A DNA stretch of 64,000 nt from an uncultured Desulfovibrionaceae bacterium (GTDB lineage: Bacteria; Desulfobacterota; Desulfovibrionia; Desulfovibrionales; Desulfovibrionaceae), in contig CAYJPK010000002.1 in NCBI GenBank assembly GCA_964372035.1, forward strand, positions 3,771 to 67,770. Direction: 5' to 3'. The notes under the pieces were generated by a model. It searched no databases. It saw only the letters and a program-made list of their open reading frames with translations, and was not told the origin of the DNA. Positions 39,672-49,559 of this stretch are shown here, piece after piece. The translations under genes and the position numbers were made by a program. The first letter of the stretch is position 1, and the number at the start of each line of letters is the position of its first letter.

Positions 39672-40959
39672 TTTTAATTTTTTTATTCATACCTTTGGCT
39701 GCAAAGTCAATCAATATGAAAGCCAATCTGTACGCGAAACTTGGCAAAGTCAAGGCGCAACTGATTTAAATAGTCCCGAAAATGCTGACTATATTTTGCT
39801 TAATTCCTGCGCAATTACTGAACATGCTGTGCGGGAATTAAAGCAAGTATGTAGGCGCATGGCAAAAATAGCTCCTAATGCAAAAATTATTATTGCTGGG
39901 TGTGCTGCTCAACTTGAACTTGAAGAGCTAAAACAAATTCCACAACTTCATAAGTTTGTAGATCAAAAAGATAAAGAAATTTTACTAAAGCCTGACTTTT
40001 TTGATACTGACGAAATAAGTGCAAGCAAAGAAGCCTTTCCTAGTTTTTCAATTTCTTCTTTTAAAAGAGCAAGACCTGTTGTTAAAGTTCAAGATGGTTG
40101 TTCGCAATTTTGTTCTTATTGTATAGTGCCCTTTACACGAGGTAAACCACAAAGCCGCCCATATGCACAAGTTCTAGCTGAAATTGAAACACTACTTGAA
40201 AATGGTTATCGTGAAATTATGTTTTCAGGCATTAATCTTTTACAATATAGCCATGATAATAATGATTTTTGGGATTTAATGCAGAAACTGGATAAAGCTC
40301 TTGGAACTAAATGGCAGGGAGTTGCAAGATTTAGGATTAGTTCGCTCGACCCTAGCCAGCTTAATGATAAGTCACTAGAATATATTTCAAACGCTAAATT
40401 ATTATGCCCACATTTGCACGTTTCCTTACAAAGTGGTAGCAAACAAGTTTTAAAAGCTATGAATAGAAGTCATTATGATCCTAATAACCTTCTTAAATAC
40501 TTTGATGAATTGCATAAGATTTGGGGAAGCTATGGTCTTGGCTTTGATTTATTAATGGGCTTTTTAGGTGAAACTGAAGAGGCTTTTAAAGAAAGTATTG
40601 AGTTTGTTGAAAAAACACCACTTAGCTATGGACATGTATTTCCTTATTCTGTTCGCCCTGGAACGAGTGCCGCACGCCAAAAAGAGATAAATTCTTTAAA
40701 GGTAAAACAAGAGCGTGCTGCAAAAATGCGTGAACTTGTGCAGGAAAAACAAATAGAATTTCTAAATAAGATGCTAACTCAAAAAAGTTTTAAGCTTGCA
40801 CTTGACTTAAATAATAGCAAAAAAAGCATTAAGGGCATTAGTGAATATTACGTTTCTTGCATTTTAAAAACAGCTATTGAAAATGCTAATCATGATTTCA
40901 TTGAAGTTAAGCCCCTTGAAATTAAAAATAATTCACTTTTGGTTGAACTAGTAAAATAG
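39664..40959 (+). CDS. mtaB: radical-SAM methylthiotransferase, MtaB/MiaB family
   Basis: 431 aa with a UPF0004 N-domain (HTFGCKVNQYES) and the radical-SAM motif CSQFCSYC. It overlaps surE by 8 nt. Confidence 0.8.
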   Translation: MYNFNFFIHTFGCKVNQYESQSVRETWQSQGATDLNSPENADYILLNSCAITEHAVRELKQVCRRMAKIAPNAKIIIAGCAAQLELEELKQIPQLHKFVDQKDKEILLKPDFFDTDEISASKEAFPSFSISSFKRARPVVKVQDGCSQFCSYCIVPFTRGKPQSRPYAQVLAEIETLLENGYREIMFSGINLLQYSHDNNDFWDLMQKLDKALGTKWQGVARFRISSLDPSQLNDKSLEYISNAKLLCPHLHVSLQSGSKQVLKAMNRSHYDPNNLLKYFDELHKIWGSYGLGFDLLMGFLGETEEAFKESIEFVEKTPLSYGHVFPYSVRPGTSAARQKEINSLKVKQERAAKMRELVQEKQIEFLNKMLTQKSFKLALDLNNSKKSIKGISEYYVSCILKTAIENANHDFIEVKPLEIKNNSLLVELVK

Positions 40960-41020
40960 TTGATGATGAAAAACTGCTTAATACATTATAATAAAATAAT
41001 TTAATAGCTACAACAAACAA

Positions 41021-41075
41021 ATAAAAATGCAAGAAAGAAGGAATCACAGATTGCTTTTCTTGCATTTTATTGTTT
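41021..41075 (+). terminator. rho-independent terminator after mtaB (copy B of the repeated terminator module)
   Basis: ATGCAAGAAAG-loop-CTTTTCTTGCAT followed by TTTTATTGTTTT. Confidence 0.8.
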
Positions 41076-41103
41076 TAAAATATGATTTTTCATCATCTGC
41101 TTA

Positions 41104-41373
41104 CAAAGTTTTTGCATAGGCAAAAGCTTTGCACCACGTAAAACAAGCTAGAATTTACTTCTAGCGTCCTGTAAGGGTGTTTGGAGTGAGCGTGCCTTTT
41201 GAAAAAGACATTGAAAATGACTTTTTCAGCTTCGAATAAATTGTCTTTTTGCCTTTCTCTCTTCTAAATGATTTTTCTTTAGAAGGTGCTCACTCCAAAA
41301 ATCTTAGTATCAAGCTAGCCATAAATTTAAACTTTTTCCGCAAGCAAAAATTTATACACTAGCAAATTTTTGC
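41104..41373. other. cluster of strong hairpins in an orphan intergenic region
   Basis: Local hairpins: 41104-41131 (12-bp stem), 41147-41165 (7 bp), 41201-41227 (12 bp with one mismatch), 41261-41285 (8 bp) and 41344-41373 (10-bp perfect stem GCAAAAATTT/AAATTTTTGC). In addition, GGAGTGAGC (41183-41191) is complementary to GCTCACTCC (41288-41296). Confidence 0.55.
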
Positions 41374-41637
41374 AGATTAATGGTGAAAAGCAATTTTAAG
41401 ACTATCAAATTGTAAGAAAAGTATTACCCATGGCTTTATTTTAAATATCATTTATTTTATCAAATACTCTTGTTATATGAAATCAATTATACATGCCACA
41501 TAATCACCTGACATTTTTATTTTTTTATTTTTTGCATTTAGAGCAACTACTAACAAAGCTGATTGACAATAAATAATTATATTTATTATCAAATCTAATC
41601 AAATATCATTTTTTTTGCTAAATAGTTTACTTATTAA

Positions 41638-41666
41638 TTGACATAAATAGTCTTAGTTGATATTAT
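41638..41666 (+). promoter_or_regulatory. sigma-70-type promoter for the second TRAP operon
   Basis: TTGACA (41638-41643), a 17-nt spacer, then TATTAT (41661-41666), about 115 nt upstream of the start codon. Confidence 0.55.
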
Positions 41667-41781
41667 GTTTTATCTTTTGTTTGGTATACATATTTACTTT
41701 TTTATTATAATTGATGGGTGTTTTTTAGCTTAATTGGTAAGCTAAATCTTAAATAAAATCTGTTTTAAGGAGTACATGGTT

Positions 41782-42909
41782 ATGAAGAAGAGTTTAATTT
41801 CTTTCGTGTCTTGTTTATTGCTTGTGTTTGGCTTAGTGAGCATGAGTAGTGCTGCTGGCGTTATGGCTACTGCAGGTAGCAAAGCAAAAGCTAATGATGG
41901 TAGCGGTTTACCTGTTGTTAACTGGAGAATGGCTTCAACTTGGGGTAATGGTAACGTTCACTTTACTGTTGACCAACGTTTCACTGATCTCGTAAGAACT
42001 TTAACAAATGGTAATTTCAATATCACAAACTACGCAGAAGGTTCACTTTTTGCTGCAAATCAAGTTTTTGAAAATGTTCAAAAAGGTACTGTAGAATGTG
42101 CTGGTGACTGGGCTGGTTACTGGTCAGGTCGTGACACTGCTTTTGAATTACTTTCAACAACAATGAATTTATTTAGTGGTTTTGACTACTATACTTGGAT
42201 TAACCAAGGTGGCGGTCTTGACGCTTTCCAAAAAATTTATGGCAACCACGGTTTAATGTATTTCCCAATTACTGTTCACATGTCAGAATCAGGAATTCGT
42301 TCTTCAAAACCAATTAAAACAATTGAAGATTTACGTACAATGAAAACACGCCTTGGTGGCGTTATGGCTGGTAGAGTTGGTCAAGCTCTTGGCTTTAACA
42401 TCACAATGGTAGCTGCATCTGAACTTTATGAATCACTTCAACGTGGTGTTATTGATGCTGGCGAATTCTCAGGTCCAAATGCTGACGCAACTTTAAAACT
42501 TGAAGAAGTAGCAAAATTCTGGGTAGTTCCTGCTTGGTATCAATCAGCTGGTAACAACGGTGTTATGGTAAACAAAGCTGCATGGGATGCTCTTCCTAAG
42601 CAATACCAAGAAGCTTTTGCTTTAGCTGCAGCTATTAGCCGTGGCGAAACTATCGCAAGATACACATGGCTTGACTGTTTAGCTGCAAACAAAATGTTAG
42701 CTGACGGTGTAACAGTTACAACAATGGATCCTAAAGATTTAGCAACAATCACTGCTACAGCTAAAAAAGTATATGAAGATGAAGCAGCAAAAAATCCTAA
42801 TTTCAAATATGTTTATGATTCAATGAAAGCTTATCGTAAAGTAGTTGATCCATATCGTAAAATGTTAGGCGATTATGGTTGGGGTTTTGAGTCTGACGTG
42901 AATAAATAG
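41782..42909 (+). CDS. TRAP transporter substrate-binding protein (COG4663-type DctP relative)
   Basis: Signal peptide ending in SSAAG, then NWRMASTWGNGNVHF...AGEFSGPNAD. I prefer the ATG at 41782 (AAGGAG 9 nt upstream) over 41776. Confidence 0.85.
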   Translation: MKKSLISFVSCLLLVFGLVSMSSAAGVMATAGSKAKANDGSGLPVVNWRMASTWGNGNVHFTVDQRFTDLVRTLTNGNFNITNYAEGSLFAANQVFENVQKGTVECAGDWAGYWSGRDTAFELLSTTMNLFSGFDYYTWINQGGGLDAFQKIYGNHGLMYFPITVHMSESGIRSSKPIKTIEDLRTMKTRLGGVMAGRVGQALGFNITMVAASELYESLQRGVIDAGEFSGPNADATLKLEEVAKFWVVPAWYQSAGNNGVMVNKAAWDALPKQYQEAFALAAAISRGETIARYTWLDCLAANKMLADGVTVTTMDPKDLATITATAKKVYEDEAAKNPNFKYVYDSMKAYRKVVDPYRKMLGDYGWGFESDVNK

Positions 42910-42917
42910 GAAAAAGC

Positions 42918-43454
42918 ATGAACTTTATTACTAAAATTACTAATTGCATAGATAATTTTACAAAATGGACTGGCTACCTATTTTCAACTATTTCATTAGT
43001 TACACTTGGTGTAATTGTACTTGAAGTATTTATGCGACGTGTTTTAAATAGTTCGCAGATTTGGTCACAGGACGTAATCATCATAAGCTTTGGTATCTAT
43101 ATCGCTTTAATCAGTGCATTTGGATTGCTAAGCAAGTCATTTGTTGCGGTTGATGTTGTTTTTGATAAATTTCCACCAATTGTGCAGCATATACTTAGTC
43201 TTGTAACTTATGGTGTGTTTTTCTACCCATTTGTATTTATGCTCTTGCCTGAAATGTATGGATTTTTCATGAATGCATATACTAATGGTGAGCTTGGGTA
43301 TTCTGTGTGGCAACACCCAACTTGGCCTTTAAAGTTATCTTTATTTGTTGGGTTTTCACTTTTAGCTCTTCAGGGCACTTCAGAAATATTGAAACACGTA
43401 AATTTCGTTATTTCATATTTCACAAATAAAAATTCTAGCAACGAGGTCGAATAG
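42918..43454 (+). CDS. TRAP transporter small permease
   Basis: 178 aa with four predicted TM segments, between the TRAP binding-protein and large-permease genes. Confidence 0.82.
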   Translation: MNFITKITNCIDNFTKWTGYLFSTISLVTLGVIVLEVFMRRVLNSSQIWSQDVIIISFGIYIALISAFGLLSKSFVAVDVVFDKFPPIVQHILSLVTYGVFFYPFVFMLLPEMYGFFMNAYTNGELGYSVWQHPTWPLKLSLFVGFSLLALQGTSEILKHVNFVISYFTNKNSSNEVE

Positions 43455-44840
43455 ATGATTAGTATTTTACAAGAACTCATTGTATACATTGCTACAACTT
43501 ATGAACTCGATGCTCAGTCTTTAAGCGTATTATTAATTAGTTGCTTATTTGCCTTGATGGGTGCAGGCCTTATTTTAGGGCATAAGCTTGCTTTTGTTCT
43601 TGGTGGTACTGGTGTTGTAGTTGGGACTATTGCTTGGGGTGAATCCGGCATTTCAATTGCAATGACAAAGGTATATGACCAAATGCAAAGTTACTCCATG
43701 GTTGCTATTCCTATGTTTGTACTTATGGCAAACTTTTTGACTCACTCAAAGGTTGCTGACGGGCTATTTATGTCCATTAGGTACTTATTAGGACCTCTGC
43801 GTGGAGGACTTGGCTTAGCTGTTATTGTTGTATCAACTATTTTTGCGGCGACAACGGGTGTTGTTGGTGCTTCTGTTGTTACTATGGGTATGTTATCTGT
43901 GCCTGTGCTTTTAAAATGTGGTTATAACAAATCACTTACAGCAGGTATGGTTTGTGCTGGTGGTTCACTTGGTATTTTAATTCCACCATCTATCATGCTC
44001 GTTACAATGGCATCATATGCTGAAATTTCTGTTGGTAAATTATTCTTTGCTGCTCTTGTGCCAGGTTTATTATTATCCCTTGCATATGTTATCTATATTA
44101 TGGTTGTATGTCATATTAAACCAGAATATGGCCCTGCGATGAGTGCTGAAGAACTTGCAGAAATGCCACTTCGAGACCGTATTATTGGCTCATTAATTAA
44201 CTTAGTTCCACCGCTTTTATTGATTTTAGGCGTTCTTGGTTCTATCTTTACAGGTATTGCAACTCCAACTGAAGCTGCTGGTGTTGGCGCTTTAGTTGCA
44301 CTTTTATTAGCCGTAGCTTACAGACAATTTAGCCTTAAAATGCTTTTTGATTCTTTAATTGATACTGCGAAAACGAGTGCTATGGTATTTGCAATTCTCT
44401 TTGGTGCGGCAGCATTTACTGGTATTTTCTTATCATTAAATGGTGACGTTGTTATTAAAGAGTTAATTACATCTATGGGAGTTGGTCCTTGGGGTGCATT
44501 AACAATTATGCTTGTTATTGTATTCTTTATGGGCATGTTCTTAGACTGGGCTGGTATTGTTATGATTGTTTTACCAATCTTCTTACCGCTCATGGATTCA
44601 TTTGGCTTTGATAGACTTTGGATAGTTGGTGTTCTTGCAACTTTATTACAAACTTGCTTCATGACACCGCCATTTGGCTTTGCTCTTTTCTATATTAAAG
44701 GTATTGTACCACCAGAGGTTACAATCCAAGATATTTATAAAGGCGTAATTCCATTTGTTTTAATTGTTGTGTTTATCACATTCTTAACAATTATCTATCC
44801 ACCGTTAATCACTGCCTTACCATCTGCTGTTGTTAATTAA
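43455..44840 (+). CDS. TRAP transporter large permease (DctM family)
   Basis: 461-aa polytopic membrane protein. Its start abuts the stop of the small permease. Confidence 0.9.
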   Translation: MISILQELIVYIATTYELDAQSLSVLLISCLFALMGAGLILGHKLAFVLGGTGVVVGTIAWGESGISIAMTKVYDQMQSYSMVAIPMFVLMANFLTHSKVADGLFMSIRYLLGPLRGGLGLAVIVVSTIFAATTGVVGASVVTMGMLSVPVLLKCGYNKSLTAGMVCAGGSLGILIPPSIMLVTMASYAEISVGKLFFAALVPGLLLSLAYVIYIMVVCHIKPEYGPAMSAEELAEMPLRDRIIGSLINLVPPLLLILGVLGSIFTGIATPTEAAGVGALVALLLAVAYRQFSLKMLFDSLIDTAKTSAMVFAILFGAAAFTGIFLSLNGDVVIKELITSMGVGPWGALTIMLVIVFFMGMFLDWAGIVMIVLPIFLPLMDSFGFDRLWIVGVLATLLQTCFMTPPFGFALFYIKGIVPPEVTIQDIYKGVIPFVLIVVFITFLTIIYPPLITALPSAVVN

Positions 44841-44862
44841 ATATTAATAACAAATAAAAAAT

Positions 44863-44894
44863 AAGCCGTATAAGCAATTAAGTTTATACGGCTT
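44863..44894. terminator. bidirectional rho-independent terminator between the TRAP operon and typA
   Basis: AAGCCGTATA-loop-TATACGGCTT, with an A-run upstream and a T-run downstream. Confidence 0.8.
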
Positions 44895-44921
44895 TTTAAT
44901 TATCACATGAAAGTGAAATAA

Positions 44922-46745
44922 TTATTTCTTTTTAGCACCAGCCATTTGATGGCGTTTTTGCGCAGTAAGTTCAATTTTACGTAAGCGAATAGAAATAGGT
45001 GTAACCTCTACCATTTCATCTTCTTTAACAAAGTGCATTGCACGCTCAAGTGTCATAGCCTTAACTGGTGTTAAGATAACGTTTTCGTCCTTACCAGAAG
45101 CACGCATATTTGTTAATTTCTTTTCTTTAGTAGGGTTTACATCAATATCATTTTCACGGTTGTGCTCACCAATAATCATACCTTCATAAACAGGTTCACC
45201 AGCACGAACAAACATTTCACCACGAGGCTCTAAGTTAAATATCGCATAAGGAACAGCATTACCACCTCTATCAGCTACTAATGAACCAGTATAACGAGTC
45301 ATAAACTCACCACGCCATTCTTCATAACCACTAAGAAGTGAGTTCATAATACCAGTTCCCTTAGTATCTGTTAAAAACTCATCTCTGTAACCAATTAAAC
45401 CACGTGATGGGATTGAAAATTCTAAGCGAACACGACCAGTACCATTATTAATGCAGTTAAGCATGCGACCTTTGCGAAGTGCTAATTTTTCAGTAACAAC
45501 ACCCATAAATGCTTCATCACAGTCAATATGCACTGATTCGATTGGCTCCATTTTTTTTCCATCAATTTCTTTCATGATAACTTCTGGTCTGCCAACTCCA
45601 AGCTCAAAGCCTTCTCTGCGCATAGTTTCAATAATGATTGCAAGCTGGAATTCACCACGTCCTTTAACGATAAAGCTTTCATTATCTTGATTTTCAACTT
45701 TAATTGCTACGTTACTAAGAGTTTCACGCTCTAAACGCTCTAATATTTTACGTGATTGAACAAATTTACCCTCTCTACCTGCAAGAGGTGAGGTATTGAT
45801 TGTAAATTTAGCTGCAACTGTTGGCTCATCAACATGAATACGAGGGAGCGCACGAGGAGCTTTGCTTGTGCAAATAGTATCGCCAATTGTAACATTTTCA
45901 ACACCAGCAATAACAATAATATCACCAGGTTCAGCAACTTCAATATCTGCCAATTGCAAGCCTTTGTATGCTTGTAATTTTGTAACCTTAAGCGGTGTTG
46001 TTGATTTTTCACCTAGGCAAACTAATTGCTCTCTAGCTTGAACACTACCATGCATAACACGACCAACTGCTAAACGACCAACATAGTCAGAATAATCAAG
46101 GTCAGCAACAAGCATTTGGAAAGGCTCTTCATCATCATGCTTTGGCGGATCAATATGCTTTAAAATAGTTTCAAACAATGGGCTTAAATCTTTTTGCTCA
46201 TCATCAATCTTGTGCATTGCAACACCATCACGTCCAATAGCGTAAAGAACCGGGAATTCAAGTTGTTCTTCTGTAGCATCAAGGTCAATAAACAGATCAT
46301 AAACTTCATTTAAAACTTCGTCAGCTCTGGCGTCTTTACGGTCAATTTTGTTTACTACAACAATAACTGGTAGCTTTGCTTCCAATGTTTTACGCAGTAC
46401 AAATCGAGTTTGCGGAAGCGGACCTTCCGAAGCATCTACTAATAAAATAGCACCTGTTGCCATAGAAAGAGCACGCTCAACCTCACCACCAAAATCAGCA
46501 TGGCCTGGGGTATCAATAATGTTAATTTTAACATCATTCCATGAAACAGCACAGTTCTTAGCTGCAATGGTAATACCACGCTCACGCTCAAGATCCATAC
46601 TGTCCATAATTCTATCATCAATTTTTTGATCTTCTCTGAAAATCCCACTTTGCCTAAACAACGCATCAACCAATGTGGTTTTACCATGGTCAACGTGTGC
46701 AATAATCGCAATATTGCGAATCAAATCATTTGTAGTCAGACTCAA
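44922..46745 (-). CDS. typA: translational GTPase TypA/BipA
   Basis: 607 aa: NIAIIAHVDHGKTTLVD...DTPGHADFGGEVER...NKIDR. Confidence 0.97.
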   Translation of the reverse strand: MSLTTNDLIRNIAIIAHVDHGKTTLVDALFRQSGIFREDQKIDDRIMDSMDLERERGITIAAKNCAVSWNDVKINIIDTPGHADFGGEVERALSMATGAILLVDASEGPLPQTRFVLRKTLEAKLPVIVVVNKIDRKDARADEVLNEVYDLFIDLDATEEQLEFPVLYAIGRDGVAMHKIDDEQKDLSPLFETILKHIDPPKHDDEEPFQMLVADLDYSDYVGRLAVGRVMHGSVQAREQLVCLGEKSTTPLKVTKLQAYKGLQLADIEVAEPGDIIVIAGVENVTIGDTICTSKAPRALPRIHVDEPTVAAKFTINTSPLAGREGKFVQSRKILERLERETLSNVAIKVENQDNESFIVKGRGEFQLAIIIETMRREGFELGVGRPEVIMKEIDGKKMEPIESVHIDCDEAFMGVVTEKLALRKGRMLNCINNGTGRVRLEFSIPSRGLIGYRDEFLTDTKGTGIMNSLLSGYEEWRGEFMTRYTGSLVADRGGNAVPYAIFNLEPRGEMFVRAGEPVYEGMIIGEHNRENDIDVNPTKEKKLTNMRASGKDENVILTPVKAMTLERAMHFVKEDEMVEVTPISIRLRKIELTAQKRHQMAGAKKK

Positions 46746-47036
46746 AACATGTCTCCGTTATGCTTGTATTTATAAATTAAAAAATTTAATAGCAATTTAA
46801 TATTTGAAGTGTTAAACAATAGACAGAAAATAAAATTTAGTGCCAAAAAGATAATATCTATCTTTTCAAATTTTGCAAATTCTTTATACCATAGAAACAA
46901 ATATTTTGCCACATATAAAATAACATGTATTATCAATGTGTTATATTTTTTACCTTTAAAATTCTTGCATAAAGTATAAAACTATGTAAGAATAATCATG
47001 CGTACTGTGTATGTAGACTACAAAAAAGGTGAAAAC

Positions 47037-48458
47037 ATGAAAACCAAAATACTTGCAACTATTGGACCAGCGTCTAATTCCCGTGAAAAATTAAGTAGCT
47101 TAATTGAAGCTGGAGTTAGATTATTTAGATTAAACTTTTCACATGGCGATAGCTCAATGTTCGTTGATTTGATTGCATTAATTCGTGAACTTGAAGATGC
47201 ATATAAAGTGCCATTAACAATTTTGCAAGACTTATCTGGACCAAAAATCAGAATATCAAACCTAAAAGACGATGCAACCTTAGAAATTACTCAAGGCGAC
47301 ACTTTACTTTTAGGACCAACAGAAAAATATAGTGATGAATATCCTTATATTCCATTTGATCATGACCATATTTTTAATACACTTGAAGTTGGTGACCGCT
47401 TAGTTTTAGCTGATGGCACCTTACAATTTAAGGTAAAAGCTGCTCGTGAAGACGGGCTTTTTGAGCTTGAAGCACACAATTCAGGCATTGTTACCTCTCG
47501 CAAGGGCTTAGCTCTTCCTGGTAAATCAATCAATGTTCCTGCCTTGACTGAAAAAGATAAAAAAGATTTAAGAGACGGTCTTGATCTAGGTGTTGATGCT
47601 GTTGCATTATCATTTGTTCAAACACCTGAAGACATTAAAGAAGCTAAAGCAATTATTCGTGAACATGGTACTCGTGATATTCCTGTTGTTGCAAAGCTTG
47701 AAAGACGTAATGCTGTTGAGCGTTTAGATGCTATTTTAAAAGAAGTTGATATTGTTATGGTTGCTCGTGGTGACCTTGGTGTTGAATGTCCACTTTCTGA
47801 ACTGCCAACAATGCAAAAACGTATTATTCGTGCATGTAACCAAGCTTCAAAGCCTGTTATTGTTGCAACACAAATGCTTTTATCAATGGTTAACAGTCCA
47901 TCTCCGACTAGAGCTGAAACAACTGACGTTGCTAATGCTGTATTAGACGGTGCTGATTGTGTTATGCTTTCTGAAGAAACTGCAATGGGTAAATTCCCTG
48001 TTGAAACAGTTCGCTTTATGAATGAAATTACAACTAAAGCTGAAGAATTAATGCTCGAAACTCAAGAGCTTAGAAGACCAACAACTGAAAGCAATGCTTC
48101 TGAATTCTTAGCATACTCTGCTTGTCTTTTAGCTGAAAAAACAGCTTCAAAAGCTCTAGTTGCTCACAGTATGAGTGGTTCTGCGGCTCGTGTTTTATCC
48201 GCTCGTAAACCAGGACAACCTATTTATGTTTTAACTCCAGATAAGGTTTCATTAAAAGCTCTTAACTTCTCTTGGGGTGTTATTCCACAAATGGTTGCTG
48301 AAGATTGCAATGCTGGTCACCTTGCTAGAGCAGAAGACTTTATCGCTGCCTCTGGCATGTTTAGCGAAGGCGATGACATTGTTATTACTGCTGGTGAACC
48401 AACTTCAGCTAAAATACAAGCTAAAGGTACTAACTTAGTTAAAATTTATAGGAAGTAA
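47037..48458 (+). CDS. pyk: pyruvate kinase
   Basis: MKTKILATIGPAS...RLNFSHG...MVARGDLGVE...MLSEETA. The ATG at 47037 has an AAGGTGA RBS. Confidence 0.96.
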   Translation: MKTKILATIGPASNSREKLSSLIEAGVRLFRLNFSHGDSSMFVDLIALIRELEDAYKVPLTILQDLSGPKIRISNLKDDATLEITQGDTLLLGPTEKYSDEYPYIPFDHDHIFNTLEVGDRLVLADGTLQFKVKAAREDGLFELEAHNSGIVTSRKGLALPGKSINVPALTEKDKKDLRDGLDLGVDAVALSFVQTPEDIKEAKAIIREHGTRDIPVVAKLERRNAVERLDAILKEVDIVMVARGDLGVECPLSELPTMQKRIIRACNQASKPVIVATQMLLSMVNSPSPTRAETTDVANAVLDGADCVMLSEETAMGKFPVETVRFMNEITTKAEELMLETQELRRPTTESNASEFLAYSACLLAEKTASKALVAHSMSGSAARVLSARKPGQPIYVLTPDKVSLKALNFSWGVIPQMVAEDCNAGHLARAEDFIAASGMFSEGDDIVITAGEPTSAKIQAKGTNLVKIYRK

Positions 48459-48461
48459 AGA

Positions 48462-49478
48462 ATGGCTGCCTTGCGTAAATTAAAAGTTCCTGAAAATATC
48501 TCTGAGGAATACTACCAAATCAATGCTGAAATACTTGGTAGTTTTCCTAAGTTTCGCTTGCCGATTGATTTATTTATTTTTAGGGAGGATATTAAGCAAT
48601 TATATCCTTACTCTCGTAAAAATCAGCGTCTTACAGACCAGCAAGTGGAAGAAATTCCTAAACTTTGTGGCGACGAAATGCTATTTGTTTCACGAGCAGA
48701 TCACCCGATTTACTCTGAACATATTGCAAAGCAAGTAGACTTAGTACTAGTTGATCCAAATTTAACAGAAAGTGAAAAAGCTGATATTTTTATCAAAGCT
48801 TTAGCACTGCGTTTAACTAACTTCTTTGATCAACCTGTTCTGCCTGTTTTTGAGTTGTTATATAGAGATGTTTTATGCTTTACCCAGTACATATGGGAAG
48901 ACAAGCACAAAATTAAATTATTTATGCGTAGGCTTAGCTTTGAAAATTCTTTAATTGACCACTCCTTGAATACTTTATTTGTGGGTGTTTGGTTGTTTTT
49001 AAACGCTTATGCAAGTGCTGACTTTAAAAGACGCCAGCTTGACCGTAGTGCAATTAGTTTGATTTTGCACGACTTAGGTATGACAAAAATACCTCCATTT
49101 ATCTTAAATAAATCTGCAAAGCTAAAACCAGACGAAAAAGATAAGGTTATCTTGCACCCACTTGTTGGTATGAAATCAGTTCAAAAAATTGAGCTTGGTT
49201 TTGAAGAATTGCAACAAGCAATTATGGAACACCATGAAAGGCTTGACGGTAGTGGATATCCGCAAAGAACCAAAGAAATCAGCAAATTTGGGGCATTAGT
49301 TGCTGTAGCAGATTCTTTTTCTGCAATTATTAGTGCGAGAATGTATAGCCAAGCAAAAACTCCTAAAGAAGCTGCGGCTGAACTTGCTAGTAACAAAGGA
49401 TATGATTCCAAATATACATCTGCACTTAACCAGGCTTATTTTACTGGTGCTTTTGATACGCCACAAAGCTCTAAATAA
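48462..49478 (+). CDS. HD-GYP domain protein (putative cyclic-di-GMP phosphodiesterase) with an unassigned N-terminal domain
   Basis: LHDLGMTKIP (HD) and HHERLDGSGYPQ (GYP). It starts 3 nt after the pyk stop. Confidence 0.85.
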   Translation: MAALRKLKVPENISEEYYQINAEILGSFPKFRLPIDLFIFREDIKQLYPYSRKNQRLTDQQVEEIPKLCGDEMLFVSRADHPIYSEHIAKQVDLVLVDPNLTESEKADIFIKALALRLTNFFDQPVLPVFELLYRDVLCFTQYIWEDKHKIKLFMRRLSFENSLIDHSLNTLFVGVWLFLNAYASADFKRRQLDRSAISLILHDLGMTKIPPFILNKSAKLKPDEKDKVILHPLVGMKSVQKIELGFEELQQAIMEHHERLDGSGYPQRTKEISKFGALVAVADSFSAIISARMYSQAKTPKEAAAELASNKGYDSKYTSALNQAYFTGAFDTPQSSK

Positions 49479-49506
49479 GAGCTATAAATTTTGAACTAGA
49501 TTTAAC

Positions 49507-49543
49507 GTAAAAGTCTTTTTGTTTTAAACAAAAAGGCTTTTAC
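49507..49543 (+). terminator. long hairpin after the HD-GYP gene
   Basis: GTAAAAGTCTTTTTGTTT-TA-AACAAAAAGGCTTTTAC. The inner stem CTTTTTGTTT/AAACAAAAAG is followed by GCTTTTAC. Confidence 0.55.
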
Positions 49544-49559
49544 ATTCTAAGGAATAAAA

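Noticed and set aside
46742-46936. 64-aa minus-strand ORF in the typA/pyk spacer.
   Set aside because: It lies in extremely AT-rich promoter DNA and is rich in Ile/Phe/Lys/Asn/Leu as expected by chance. It overlaps the typA start region out of frame and has no RBS.
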